From the IMG/VR virus record IMGVR_UViG_3300010163_001408: a stretch of 64,000 bases of DNA; one strand, 5' to 3'. Positions 10,426 through 19,108 of this stretch are shown here, piece by piece (the first letter of the stretch is position 1; the number at the start of each line of letters is the position of its first letter). Under the pieces are notes generated by a model, which ran no database searches, was not told where the DNA came from, and worked only from the letters and a program-made list of their open reading frames with translations. The stretch comes from an uncultured virus (IMG/VR IMGVR_UViG_3300010163_001408) (taxonomy: Duplodnaviria > Heunggongvirae > Uroviricota > Caudoviricetes). The translations under genes were made by a program, and so were the position numbers.

Positions 10426-11436
10426 ATGAGGCTGAAAACAAAATATAAGACTTATACAAAGAGTAAAACAGAGAAGCAGAAAAAATTAGATAAAGAGAAA
10501 AAAAGTAATTTACCTAAAATAAGCCCAATATACAATAGTACATCTCCATATAACGTAAGAAGAGCAACAATAGACCTAACTAAATTAACATATGGTATCA
10601 TTGATAGTTGTGAATTAACAAGTATAAATATGATGGATGGGCAGATAAGTTTAAGTAATAGCTGGATAGAATTACTGCTTATAATGATAGATGCACTCAT
10701 AGAAAATAAACCAGACAATTTTATAGAATTATTAAGCATGCACAATGTTACAAATCAATGGTTTTGCATAGATAAGTATTATGGTAAATACACCTTTGAA
10801 TATGAAAATCCTAAGGTGTATAATATATATAACAGTGGATATTACTTAGAAGCAATTTTCAATAATTCTAATATATTTCATGCCATTATAGGTCTTACAA
10901 GATGTTTAGGATATCAACTTAATGAAATACAGCTAAACATAAGAAATCCCAAAATAGACAAAAACATAAACGAGATAGAGTTTAATCCTACAATGTTAGA
11001 GACAGAAGAAAGCATAGTAGACATAGATGGTGTATACAGTATGTTAAAGTCTGGCATACATCTGGTTGGAATGCAAATACTTGGATCTAATGCCAAGGTA
11101 CATCGAATAGACGTAGCTTTGATGCTTTTTTGTAATTGGATATATGATAATTATGGTATTTCTAGATTTTCAACAATAAAAAATATAGGGAATACGGGAA
11201 TTAGTTTGGAATGTACTAGTGAGGATGAAGAAAATGAAAACGGAAATAAAAATCAGGTACAGTATGAGCAGATAAGAAATAGTGGAATATATGTTTATAC
11301 AGACTTAAACAATGAAGATATCATTAAATTTATTAAGAATACATTAAAGAGTTTAAATATGGACAAATCACAATTGAAATTCAAATTCAGGGCATTAAAA
11401 GAGAAGAACAAGTTAAAGGAGTGGGAGATAGAATAA
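10426..11436 (+). CDS. Hypothetical protein with two internally duplicated domains and a basic N-terminus
   Basis: IYNSGYYLEAIFNNSNIFHAIIGL aligns with IRNSGIYVYTDLNNEDIIKFIKNT. Confidence 0.8.
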   Translation: MRLKTKYKTYTKSKTEKQKKLDKEKKSNLPKISPIYNSTSPYNVRRATIDLTKLTYGIIDSCELTSINMMDGQISLSNSWIELLLIMIDALIENKPDNFIELLSMHNVTNQWFCIDKYYGKYTFEYENPKVYNIYNSGYYLEAIFNNSNIFHAIIGLTRCLGYQLNEIQLNIRNPKIDKNINEIEFNPTMLETEESIVDIDGVYSMLKSGIHLVGMQILGSNAKVHRIDVALMLFCNWIYDNYGISRFSTIKNIGNTGISLECTSEDEENENGNKNQVQYEQIRNSGIYVYTDLNNEDIIKFIKNTLKSLNMDKSQLKFKFRALKEKNKLKEWEIE

Positions 11437-11437
11437 A

Positions 11438-12007
11438 ATGGCAAGCGGAATAGATAAACTTGGAAGTAAGAGGAATAAACTTACATTAGCCAGAATGACG
11501 CATGGTGATATAATTAAGAAAAATGATGCATTATACATAACAGATTATAAGGATACAAAAGTTCAAAACTTAATAAACATCTATACTGGATCAATTATGC
11601 AAAAGGTATTAGCTTCACCTTGGAATAATAAATGTAAGGATTCAATTTTTAAGTTAGAAGGTGACTTGATACTGGTAATACCTCAGATAGGTTTAGATGA
11701 TTATGCAGCAAGAGTGTATAGTGAAAGAGGAAACTGCATATTTGTGTTAAATAATACACGAGGTGTTGGGGTATGGTCGCGGTTATTAAATGATGAAAAC
11801 GTACTTGTAATTCTAAGAGACCAATATAAAAATAATAGAGCATTTGTATGGAATCCACAATTGCAAAAGATTACAGAGTATTATGATGGAGTTACAGATG
11901 TATACACTGATAGTAAAGAAGGTATCATTAGAATAAATCAGTTAACAGATGATGATCACATAATAAATCATTCATATACCATAGACATTATGGAGATGAC
12001 AATATGA
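11438..12007 (+). CDS. Paralogue-array protein 1
   Basis: LARMTHGDIIKKNDALYITD…LINIYTG…RVYSERG…VWNPQLQKITEYY. Confidence 0.85.
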   Translation: MASGIDKLGSKRNKLTLARMTHGDIIKKNDALYITDYKDTKVQNLINIYTGSIMQKVLASPWNNKCKDSIFKLEGDLILVIPQIGLDDYAARVYSERGNCIFVLNNTRGVGVWSRLLNDENVLVILRDQYKNNRAFVWNPQLQKITEYYDGVTDVYTDSKEGIIRINQLTDDDHIINHSYTIDIMEMTI

Positions 12008-12582
12008 GTTTAGACTTATCTGCAGCAGGAATAGACGTAGGCAATAGACTTGCAATATTAAACATGACTTATAAAAAGATATACAAGCTAACTGATTCAA
12101 TATACATAGCAGTAATAAATGAATATAAAGATGAAGATGATATAATTTTAATAAACATATTAACTTCTGATGTACTTGAGAAAAGAGAACATTGCTTAAA
12201 AAATAGTGCAGAAGAAGCAAATGAACTGAATTACTACTCTGACATAAAGATAATTAATGGATTAGTAGCAACAACTCCAAATTCATTAGCTAATATACCA
12301 TTTAGATTATATAATGACTTTGGAGATTTAATAAAGAGCATAGAGATTAAGAGTGTAGAAGATATTGTATGGCTTAACTTAGTTGATAATAAGTTAATCA
12401 TATTAATAATAGGAATAATAGGATATTATAATTTATGGTGCATAATATATAACAACAATACACATCAAATAGAAGAATATTATGATAAAGTAATGTACTT
12501 CTGGCAGCCACATAGCAGCATAATAAGTATTGTATTGGGAGATAAATATAGAACGCAAAATGATTATGAGGTAGACAATTAA
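12004..12582 (+). CDS. Paralogue-array protein 2
   Basis: LAILNMTYKKIYKLTDSIYI…LINILTS…RLYNDFG…IIYNNNTHQIEEYY; ATGA overlap with the previous gene. Confidence 0.85.
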   Translation: MSLDLSAAGIDVGNRLAILNMTYKKIYKLTDSIYIAVINEYKDEDDIILINILTSDVLEKREHCLKNSAEEANELNYYSDIKIINGLVATTPNSLANIPFRLYNDFGDLIKSIEIKSVEDIVWLNLVDNKLIILIIGIIGYYNLWCIIYNNNTHQIEEYYDKVMYFWQPHSSIISIVLGDKYRTQNDYEVDN

Positions 12583-13157
12583 TGGAAGAAACAAACATTG
12601 AAAATAACGAAGAGGACATGAGTTTAGATGCAAGATTAAATATAATAAATACAATATATGGAAATTCATATCCATTAAATAATGGTGTATGTATCATAGA
12701 TAATTTTCCACAAACATATAACACATATCAGAAAGATTTAAAAATTGTAAATAGCTTCACAGCTCAGATATTGGGAACTATATTAACTTATAAAACTAAA
12801 GTAAATGACCACCATGTAAGATATCATGGCGTGCTTAAACTTGAAAAACTAGTATTAATACAATTAAGTAGATATGATTCAAGGTTATACAATGAGTTAG
12901 GAAATTTGATATATACTATTCCCGAAAGGGTAATCAGTCTTATTTGGCATCACATTAAAGATAACAAGCTAATCATAACATTTTGTCATTCATACACTAT
13001 AATATATAATAAAACAACACATATGGTAGAGGAGCATTTTGATAATTATGCGACAAATTATGATTTTGATAAAGAGGCGGAAAATGATATTATAATATTG
13101 AAATTAATTACAGCTAGTGGTATAATAGTTAATAAGAGGTATGTTAAGGAGGTATAG
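12582..13157 (+). CDS. Paralogue-array protein 3
   Basis: LNIINTIYG…IVNSFTA…RLYNELG…IIYNKTTHMVEEHF; TAATG overlap. Confidence 0.85.
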   Translation: MEETNIENNEEDMSLDARLNIINTIYGNSYPLNNGVCIIDNFPQTYNTYQKDLKIVNSFTAQILGTILTYKTKVNDHHVRYHGVLKLEKLVLIQLSRYDSRLYNELGNLIYTIPERVISLIWHHIKDNKLIITFCHSYTIIYNKTTHMVEEHFDNYATNYDFDKEAENDIIILKLITASGIIVNKRYVKEV

Positions 13158-13160
13158 GAC

Positions 13161-13775
13161 ATGAGTAAAAAAGAGGACAGCATTTTAAAAGAGAAGGTAT
13201 CATTAGCATTATTAACATATGGCTGCATAAGAAAAATATCCAATACCCTATATATGAGTGATGACAAATATGGTCCATTTAATACACCAGTTGAGCAGAT
13301 ATTATTTAATATATACACAGGCATTGTATACGAGAGGGTTCCAGTATTTAAGTGGGAAATTAACTCAGGATTATCATATAGTGAAAAAACAGTTTATAAG
13401 TACTCATGTAATATATCTAGGTCTAAAAATAATTTTGTGTATAATGACCCAGTAGTTAATCACATAACAAATAGAACTGATGTATTTACACTATACAGTC
13501 CAGCTGGATTCCCTATATTCAAGTTAAATGGCCTAAAAAGAATAGCTCATGTGAAACATACCGAATATAAAATAGGAGACAAGTATGCTTTTATTAGGTT
13601 GCATTACGGTGGAAGTCAGAATTACGGAATATTATATAACCTATACACCAATAAAATAGAGGAATATTATCCAAATATAGTTAACATGCTAATTAATGAG
13701 GAAAGAGGCACCCTAAAGGTAATTAGAATGTTAGAGGATGGCAAACTTGAAACAAAGGTTTATGGTGCATTCTAA
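13161..13775 (+). CDS. Paralogue-array protein 4
   Basis: LALLTYGCIRKISNTLYMSD…LFNIYTG…TLYSPAG…ILYNLYTNKIEEYY; AGGAGG RBS. Confidence 0.85.
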   Translation: MSKKEDSILKEKVSLALLTYGCIRKISNTLYMSDDKYGPFNTPVEQILFNIYTGIVYERVPVFKWEINSGLSYSEKTVYKYSCNISRSKNNFVYNDPVVNHITNRTDVFTLYSPAGFPIFKLNGLKRIAHVKHTEYKIGDKYAFIRLHYGGSQNYGILYNLYTNKIEEYYPNIVNMLINEERGTLKVIRMLEDGKLETKVYGAF

Positions 13776-13888
13776 GACTAGTCAATAGATATAGTAGTAA
13801 AGCATAATAACTGTGTATAAAGTGTATTAAATAAAAATTGAACAGTTACCTATAGAGACATACAATTATTGAAAAAGGATTATAGAAA

Positions 13889-14458
13889 ATGGATAAAATA
13901 AGTAATAAAGAACGCTTAGCATTACTTGAAATGATATATGGAAAGCTGGTAAAAATCAATAGATACATATACAGAACAGACGTACCAGAAATGCCTAAGC
14001 AAAAAGTATTTAACATAAGAACTGGTGAAGTAATAGAGGAAAGAGCAGTAATCTTTATTACTGCTCATCATGGCACTGAAATAACTGGATATCAAGATAA
14101 TTTTGATGAATACGAGTCACATTTGGTATATTCATTTCCAGATTATAGTGCAAACAAGAAAAATAAAACACTTAGAGTGTATAATGAGGATGCAGACTTA
14201 GTATTAAAGATAGATTACTCACTTGATGAAAATTTGACGGTTTCAGACTTTGTTTTAGCAGATGATAAAGTGTTATTGGTAGTTACAATATATAGTAGTA
14301 CATGTAGATTTCCAGTATATATTTATGATAGAAAGACTAAAACCATGAAAAAAGAATATATGGCGGCATCAACTGCTATAAAGAAAAACAAAAGGGTATA
14401 TGTACCTTTAGATCAATCTTATAGACATTGCAAGTCATATGAATTGGAGAGAATATGA
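13889..14458 (+). CDS. Paralogue-array protein 5
   Basis: LALLEMIYGKLVKINRYIYRTD…VFNIRTGEVIEER…RVYNEDA…YIYDRKT. Confidence 0.85.
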   Translation: MDKISNKERLALLEMIYGKLVKINRYIYRTDVPEMPKQKVFNIRTGEVIEERAVIFITAHHGTEITGYQDNFDEYESHLVYSFPDYSANKKNKTLRVYNEDADLVLKIDYSLDENLTVSDFVLADDKVLLVVTIYSSTCRFPVYIYDRKTKTMKKEYMAASTAIKKNKRVYVPLDQSYRHCKSYELERI

Positions 14459-15093
14459 TGAATGCATTAAAACAAGAAAAAGAAGTCAATTTATTAATGC
14501 TGAAAACATTATATGGTAAACTCAGAAAATTAAATGATGTAATTTATATTACAGATACTGAAGGTACAAATATACAAAAAATAATAAATATTGCTACTGG
14601 AGAGGTTTTAATGCATAGAATGGTAACTAGAGTACCATTATTTTTCAATTCAAGTATGTTTGCATACAGTGATTTTATACAAATTGGCTTGAGAAAATAT
14701 GGGCTTATCTATATTCATGCAGATACAAATGGTGTTATAGATGGCTGCTTCAGAGTATACAATATACATGGAGAATGTTTGATAGAACAACACATATATG
14801 AAGGTTATACAGTTGTATATGAATATAAATTAGATAATAATAAACTGTTAGTATTAGTAACAGTAAGAAAATATAATAAAAATGAAAATGAGGAAACATA
14901 CTTCATTGTTTATGATAAGTCAACAGAAAACATAGAGGATAAACAATATTATACAAAAATAAGTAAAATAAAACATAGAAATAGAGAGAGTATACGTATA
15001 AAATTAACTTCATCTAAACATAAGACATTTAAATTAGCAAAAAAAGATAATGAAAATTTAGATGAAGCATTATATTTATATAATCATATATGA
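14455..15093 (+). CDS. Paralogue-array protein 6
   Basis: LLMLKTLYGKLRKLNDVIYITD…IINIATGEVL…RVYNIHG…IVYDKSTENIE. Confidence 0.85.
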   Translation: MMNALKQEKEVNLLMLKTLYGKLRKLNDVIYITDTEGTNIQKIINIATGEVLMHRMVTRVPLFFNSSMFAYSDFIQIGLRKYGLIYIHADTNGVIDGCFRVYNIHGECLIEQHIYEGYTVVYEYKLDNNKLLVLVTVRKYNKNENEETYFIVYDKSTENIEDKQYYTKISKIKHRNRESIRIKLTSSKHKTFKLAKKDNENLDEALYLYNHI

Positions 15094-15695
15094 AAGGTAG
15101 ACATAAAATGGGCATGGACGATAAGTTTGATTATAATAAGGCATTACTTGAAATGACATATGGTAAAGTAAGAAAACTAAATAATGCTTTGTATATAACA
15201 GATAAATCTTGCGACATAAATATGCATGACTTTGATGTGGTCACAAGCGAAGAAAGTATAATTAATGTACAAACAGGAAAAATACAAGAAACAAGGATTG
15301 TGCACAAAATACATCGAAGTGAGCAACAAGCATTAGATTATAAAGATGGCATAGTAATTTCAAATCAGTTTGGCATAGTTTATGCAAAAGAGAACAATAT
15401 AAATGATTTTAGAACATTTAGAATATATAACAATGACGGAAAAATAATATACGGGGAATATAAAGATGAAGCCCTAGATATAACTATACATGAACAAAAA
15501 ATATCTAATACTAGCATGCTTATATTATTAGATAATAAGAAAAGTAGAATGCTAACAGGTATATTATATAATGATACATCAAATAAGCCAAAGGTTTATA
15601 AAAACATAATAGAAACACGTATACACTATGGTTCACCTGTTAAAGTAACATTAATACTTAATAAATGTGATCATACAGAGGTTGTAAAAATATGA
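15090..15695 (+). CDS. Paralogue-array protein 7
   Basis: ALLEMTYGKVRKLNNALYITD…IINVQTG…RIYNNDG…ILYNDTS; true start may be the ATG at 15108. Confidence 0.85.
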   Translation: MKGRHKMGMDDKFDYNKALLEMTYGKVRKLNNALYITDKSCDINMHDFDVVTSEESIINVQTGKIQETRIVHKIHRSEQQALDYKDGIVISNQFGIVYAKENNINDFRTFRIYNNDGKIIYGEYKDEALDITIHEQKISNTSMLILLDNKKSRMLTGILYNDTSNKPKVYKNIIETRIHYGSPVKVTLILNKCDHTEVVKI

Positions 15696-16150
15696 ATGAG
15701 GATTATGAAAATAATCTGGCAATATTAAAAATGACATACAACAAACTTAGAAAGCTAAACGAGTATTTATATATAACGGACACGATTAAAAATAGTAATA
15801 GATTTTATATTAAAACAACTACAAAGAAAATAATAAATATAATCATTGGAAAAGTACTTGAGGAAAGAGTTGTAACTAAACAAAACATTACAGATGTACC
15901 TAGTTACAATGATGGAATTGAGGTATCATATTTTACTAAATTTGTATTTGCAAAACATGGAAAAGTGGTGAAATTATAGTTAAGGATATATAGTAATAAC
16001 ATTAAGTAAATATACCTGTACTGTAATAATATACAATATGCAGTTAGGAAAAGTTGAAGGTATATATGATAATATATCTTCTATGAAACAATATGGTAAC
16101 AAGGTAGACATAGACATAACCAAGAAAATTTCAGAGGAGCTTGAAATAAT
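15692..16150 (+). pseudogene. Paralogue-array member 8, disrupted (premature TAG at 15977, then deletion/frameshift)
   Basis: LAILKMTYNKLRKLNEYLYITD N-terminus; LRIYSNN follows the TAG in frame; IIYNMQLGKVEGIYDNI appears in the +1 frame from 16008. Confidence 0.8.
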
Positions 16151-16723
16151 ATGGGCAAAGACTATACAGAAAGAATTGCATTATTAAAAATGACATATGG
16201 TGATGTACAAAAAATCAATAGTTGCTTGTACATAACAAAAAGAGAATCAATAGATGGTACTTTCCTCCTATTAAATGCAAACACTGGTGAAGTATTGGAA
16301 AAAAGGTATAATTTAGCATCAGCATATGACGGACATACTTTGACAGGTGTAATACCATTAAATTCAGAATTAACCATTACATTACCTCAGTACCTCTCTC
16401 CTGGAGATTTCAGTTTAAGATTCTATGATAGACAAGCAAACATGGTATTTGAAATTGAAAATTGTACACTAGACTTTTCAAATTCCAAAGCATATCAATT
16501 AAAAAATAAACATAAGCAATTAATTTTATTAGGGTCTGCAAAAGAAGTATATTGGGCAGCAATATATGATAGTAAACTTAATAAGATTACAAAAGTCATA
16601 AGAGGAATAGTAAATTGTATTGTAAGAACTAGAGATATCTATTCAAACAATGAAATATGCATTATATATATGAACGAAAGAGGTATAGCACATACTCTAA
16701 GATATACGTATGTAATTTTTTAA
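16151..16723 (+). CDS. Paralogue-array protein 9
   Basis: IALLKMTYGDVQKINSCLYIT…LLNANTGEVLEKR…RFYDRQA…AIYDSKL; GAGGAG RBS. Confidence 0.85.
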   Translation: MGKDYTERIALLKMTYGDVQKINSCLYITKRESIDGTFLLLNANTGEVLEKRYNLASAYDGHTLTGVIPLNSELTITLPQYLSPGDFSLRFYDRQANMVFEIENCTLDFSNSKAYQLKNKHKQLILLGSAKEVYWAAIYDSKLNKITKVIRGIVNCIVRTRDIYSNNEICIIYMNERGIAHTLRYTYVIF

Positions 16724-16750
16724 TAAAATTTTTAAGGAGAAAAATTAATT

Positions 16751-18343
16751 ATGTATTACATTGATTTAAAGAAAGATAAACCTGATATTGGTCGTATGGA
16801 AGCAACTATGGATAGACTTATGACAAAGGGAATAAGACTAGCTGACTGTAACGAATTAAAGACTTACTATGCAGAATTAAGGGAAACACTTAAAAATGAT
16901 ATAAGTGAGAAGTATTACATTAAGAATCCTAATAGTCCTGCTCAAATAGTGGACTTCTTAAAAGTGACAGCATCTACAATAGATTTGAATAGTAAGAATG
17001 ATATTATAAATATCTGCTATAATAGTGAAGATGACAAATGGACAACTAATGCAGAAGCATTAGGAAAATTGGCAGACTTGGGATATGAATTTGCAAGAGA
17101 TATACTGGATTACAGGCATGTTAAAAAATATGCAGAAAGCATTGAAAGTATTACAGAGGCGGCTGATGAAAATGGGTTAATACATCCTACTGTTAGTTTA
17201 GGTAAGACTCATAGAGTGAATTATAGCAATCCTGGTTTATTAACAATTCCTAAGAAGTTATTATGGTATATCATAGCACCTTATACCAAAGGAAATGTAT
17301 TGTATAGCATAGATATTAAGAATCAGGAACCTAATATACTAATTAACATTACAGGTGCAAATGAACTTAAACCAGCATTAGAAAGTAAGGATGGGTTATA
17401 TGAAACACTATTCAAACAGTGCTTTGTTCCTAAAGTGACAATGAATGTTCTTATAGATACATTACCAGAGAACAGAGTTTATGAAATAAATGAGTTAAAG
17501 CAAATTGGAACAATATCACCTGCAAGTTACTCGGCAGCTAAACCAGCTGTTAATAATATTTACTACAATGATGAAAGGGTAGTTGGCATTGAAACAGTTT
17601 GTGCAGGTAGTGAAAAAGGATTAATTCCACAGTTACCTGAAACAATAAGCATTGAAACAGAGAAGGGAAATATTTATTCTGTTAAAGTAACATGGGATAT
17701 GGAAACAGTAAACAAGAAATATAAAAGAGGAAACGATTATTCTGTAACAGGTACACTTGATGAACTTGAAGTAAGAGTGTCAAAAGCAGAAAGAAAAGAA
17801 TTTAAGACAGCTTGGTTGGCAATATCTTATGGAGCAAGCATATTTGGAATCAAGTTATCATGTAAGATTATAGATGGTGCAACAGTATATAACTTCGCAA
17901 CAAAGGTAAATGGATTAAAAGAATACAGAAGTAAAATAGATGCACTTGCAAAAGAAGGTAACAGCATCATAGGAACTGCATTTGGAACACCTCTCAACGC
18001 TGGATATTATGATGACTGGAAAAAATTAAAGAGGGTGTTACTTGATCTTCCAATTCAAGGCACTGGAGCGGATATATTATCACTCTTAATTAATAGATTT
18101 TATGATTATACGACAGAGCATAGTTTAGATGATAAAATGTACTTGTATTATACAAGACATGACGAGTTAATCATAGAAGTTGACCAGAAATATTTAAGTG
18201 AAATTGGAAATGAAAAGATGGAGAGTATACTAAGAGATATGCTTGAACATCAGATAAATGACTGGTCACCATTCCATGTAGAGATACAGCAAGTAGGAAA
18301 TAAAAAGGTTGATATAAGTGAAATAGAGGATGATGAAGATTAA
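16751..18343 (+). CDS. Divergent family A DNA polymerase, polymerase domain only, with an inserted Ig-like segment
   Basis: NPNSPAQI (thumb), ILDYR, THRVNYSNPGL, motif A SIDIKNQE, motif B RKEFK….ISYG, PIQGTGADI, motif C RHDELIIE. Confidence 0.85.
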   Translation: MYYIDLKKDKPDIGRMEATMDRLMTKGIRLADCNELKTYYAELRETLKNDISEKYYIKNPNSPAQIVDFLKVTASTIDLNSKNDIINICYNSEDDKWTTNAEALGKLADLGYEFARDILDYRHVKKYAESIESITEAADENGLIHPTVSLGKTHRVNYSNPGLLTIPKKLLWYIIAPYTKGNVLYSIDIKNQEPNILINITGANELKPALESKDGLYETLFKQCFVPKVTMNVLIDTLPENRVYEINELKQIGTISPASYSAAKPAVNNIYYNDERVVGIETVCAGSEKGLIPQLPETISIETEKGNIYSVKVTWDMETVNKKYKRGNDYSVTGTLDELEVRVSKAERKEFKTAWLAISYGASIFGIKLSCKIIDGATVYNFATKVNGLKEYRSKIDALAKEGNSIIGTAFGTPLNAGYYDDWKKLKRVLLDLPIQGTGADILSLLINRFYDYTTEHSLDDKMYLYYTRHDELIIEVDQKYLSEIGNEKMESILRDMLEHQINDWSPFHVEIQQVGNKKVDISEIEDDED

Positions 18344-18377
18344 CAAAATAACACCAAGAAAGAAAGGGGATTAAACA

Positions 18378-18791
18378 ATGGCAGTAGAAGGTCAGCTTAA
18401 AAGAAGAGAACTGGACATATTAAACATTCTGTTCAACGCAGAACAAGATTTAACCTCTTACGAGATTTCATGTGGGATGGAGGGGCTTACACAAAGTACT
18501 GTAACACAGGTAACAAATAACTTTCTAAGAGAAGGGATAATAGAAGTAGCAGACATAAAACATTCAGGTAAAGTTTTTAGTAGAACATTTAAACCTACTG
18601 AAAAAGCTAAAGAGGTATTATTAAATCATATGATAAGCAATTACAAATACACAAATAACATCATATCCAAAAGTGAAGCATGTAAAGCAATATTAGAAGT
18701 TGAACAATCACCAGCTGAACTAAAGCAACAGATTAAAGAATTAAAAGCAATTATAAAGAAACTGGAGTATAAAGAAAAGAATGAATTATAA
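18378..18791 (+). CDS. Winged-helix transcriptional regulator (BlaI/MarR-like)
   Basis: RELDILNILF….LTSYEI….LTQSTVTQV…L.EG.IE pattern; C-terminal coiled coil. Confidence 0.75.
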   Translation: MAVEGQLKRRELDILNILFNAEQDLTSYEISCGMEGLTQSTVTQVTNNFLREGIIEVADIKHSGKVFSRTFKPTEKAKEVLLNHMISNYKYTNNIISKSEACKAILEVEQSPAELKQQIKELKAIIKKLEYKEKNEL

Positions 18792-19041
18792 TGCTATGCA
18801 CCTAACAGAAAAAGAAATTAAAGAATTAATGATACAAGAAAAATCAAGAATGGTGCACTGTCCATTTTGTGGAAACAACAAGGTAAAAGTAACAAAAATA
18901 AACTTAGGATACGATATAAAATTCCAAGGCATATGCAATAAGTGTTTTAGTAGAGGACCAGCAGTAAAAAACGATGTACACAAAGCAGTAAACAAGTGGA
19001 ACGAAAGAGTTTATCTTCATAACGTAAATAAATTGGAATAA
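18781..19041 (+). CDS. Lar (restriction alleviation)-like zinc-finger protein
   Basis: CPFCG…CNKC..RGP……AVNKWNER. Confidence 0.75.
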   Translation: MNYNAMHLTEKEIKELMIQEKSRMVHCPFCGNNKVKVTKINLGYDIKFQGICNKCFSRGPAVKNDVHKAVNKWNERVYLHNVNKLE

Positions 19042-19066
19042 AGCCTGTTTAACAGGCTTTATTTTT
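19037..19066 (+). terminator. Intrinsic terminator
   Basis: AATAAAGCCTGTT/AACAGGCTTTATT stem plus T-tract. Confidence 0.75.
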
Positions 19067-19108
19067 ATTGTAAGAAAAAATTTTTAGTTTTTAGTAGGAG
19101 AATAAAAA

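Noticed and set aside
15977..15979. TAG stop-codon reassignment (alternative genetic code)
   Set aside because: Other genes end cleanly in TAG (e.g. 7533, 20608, 22524), standard-code ORFs tile the window, and this copy also has a frameshift.
11438..16723. Diversity-generating retroelement or shufflon behind the paralogue array
   Set aside because: No reverse transcriptase, recombinase, TR/VR pair or repeated recombination site is visible, and the divergence is spread along whole genes.
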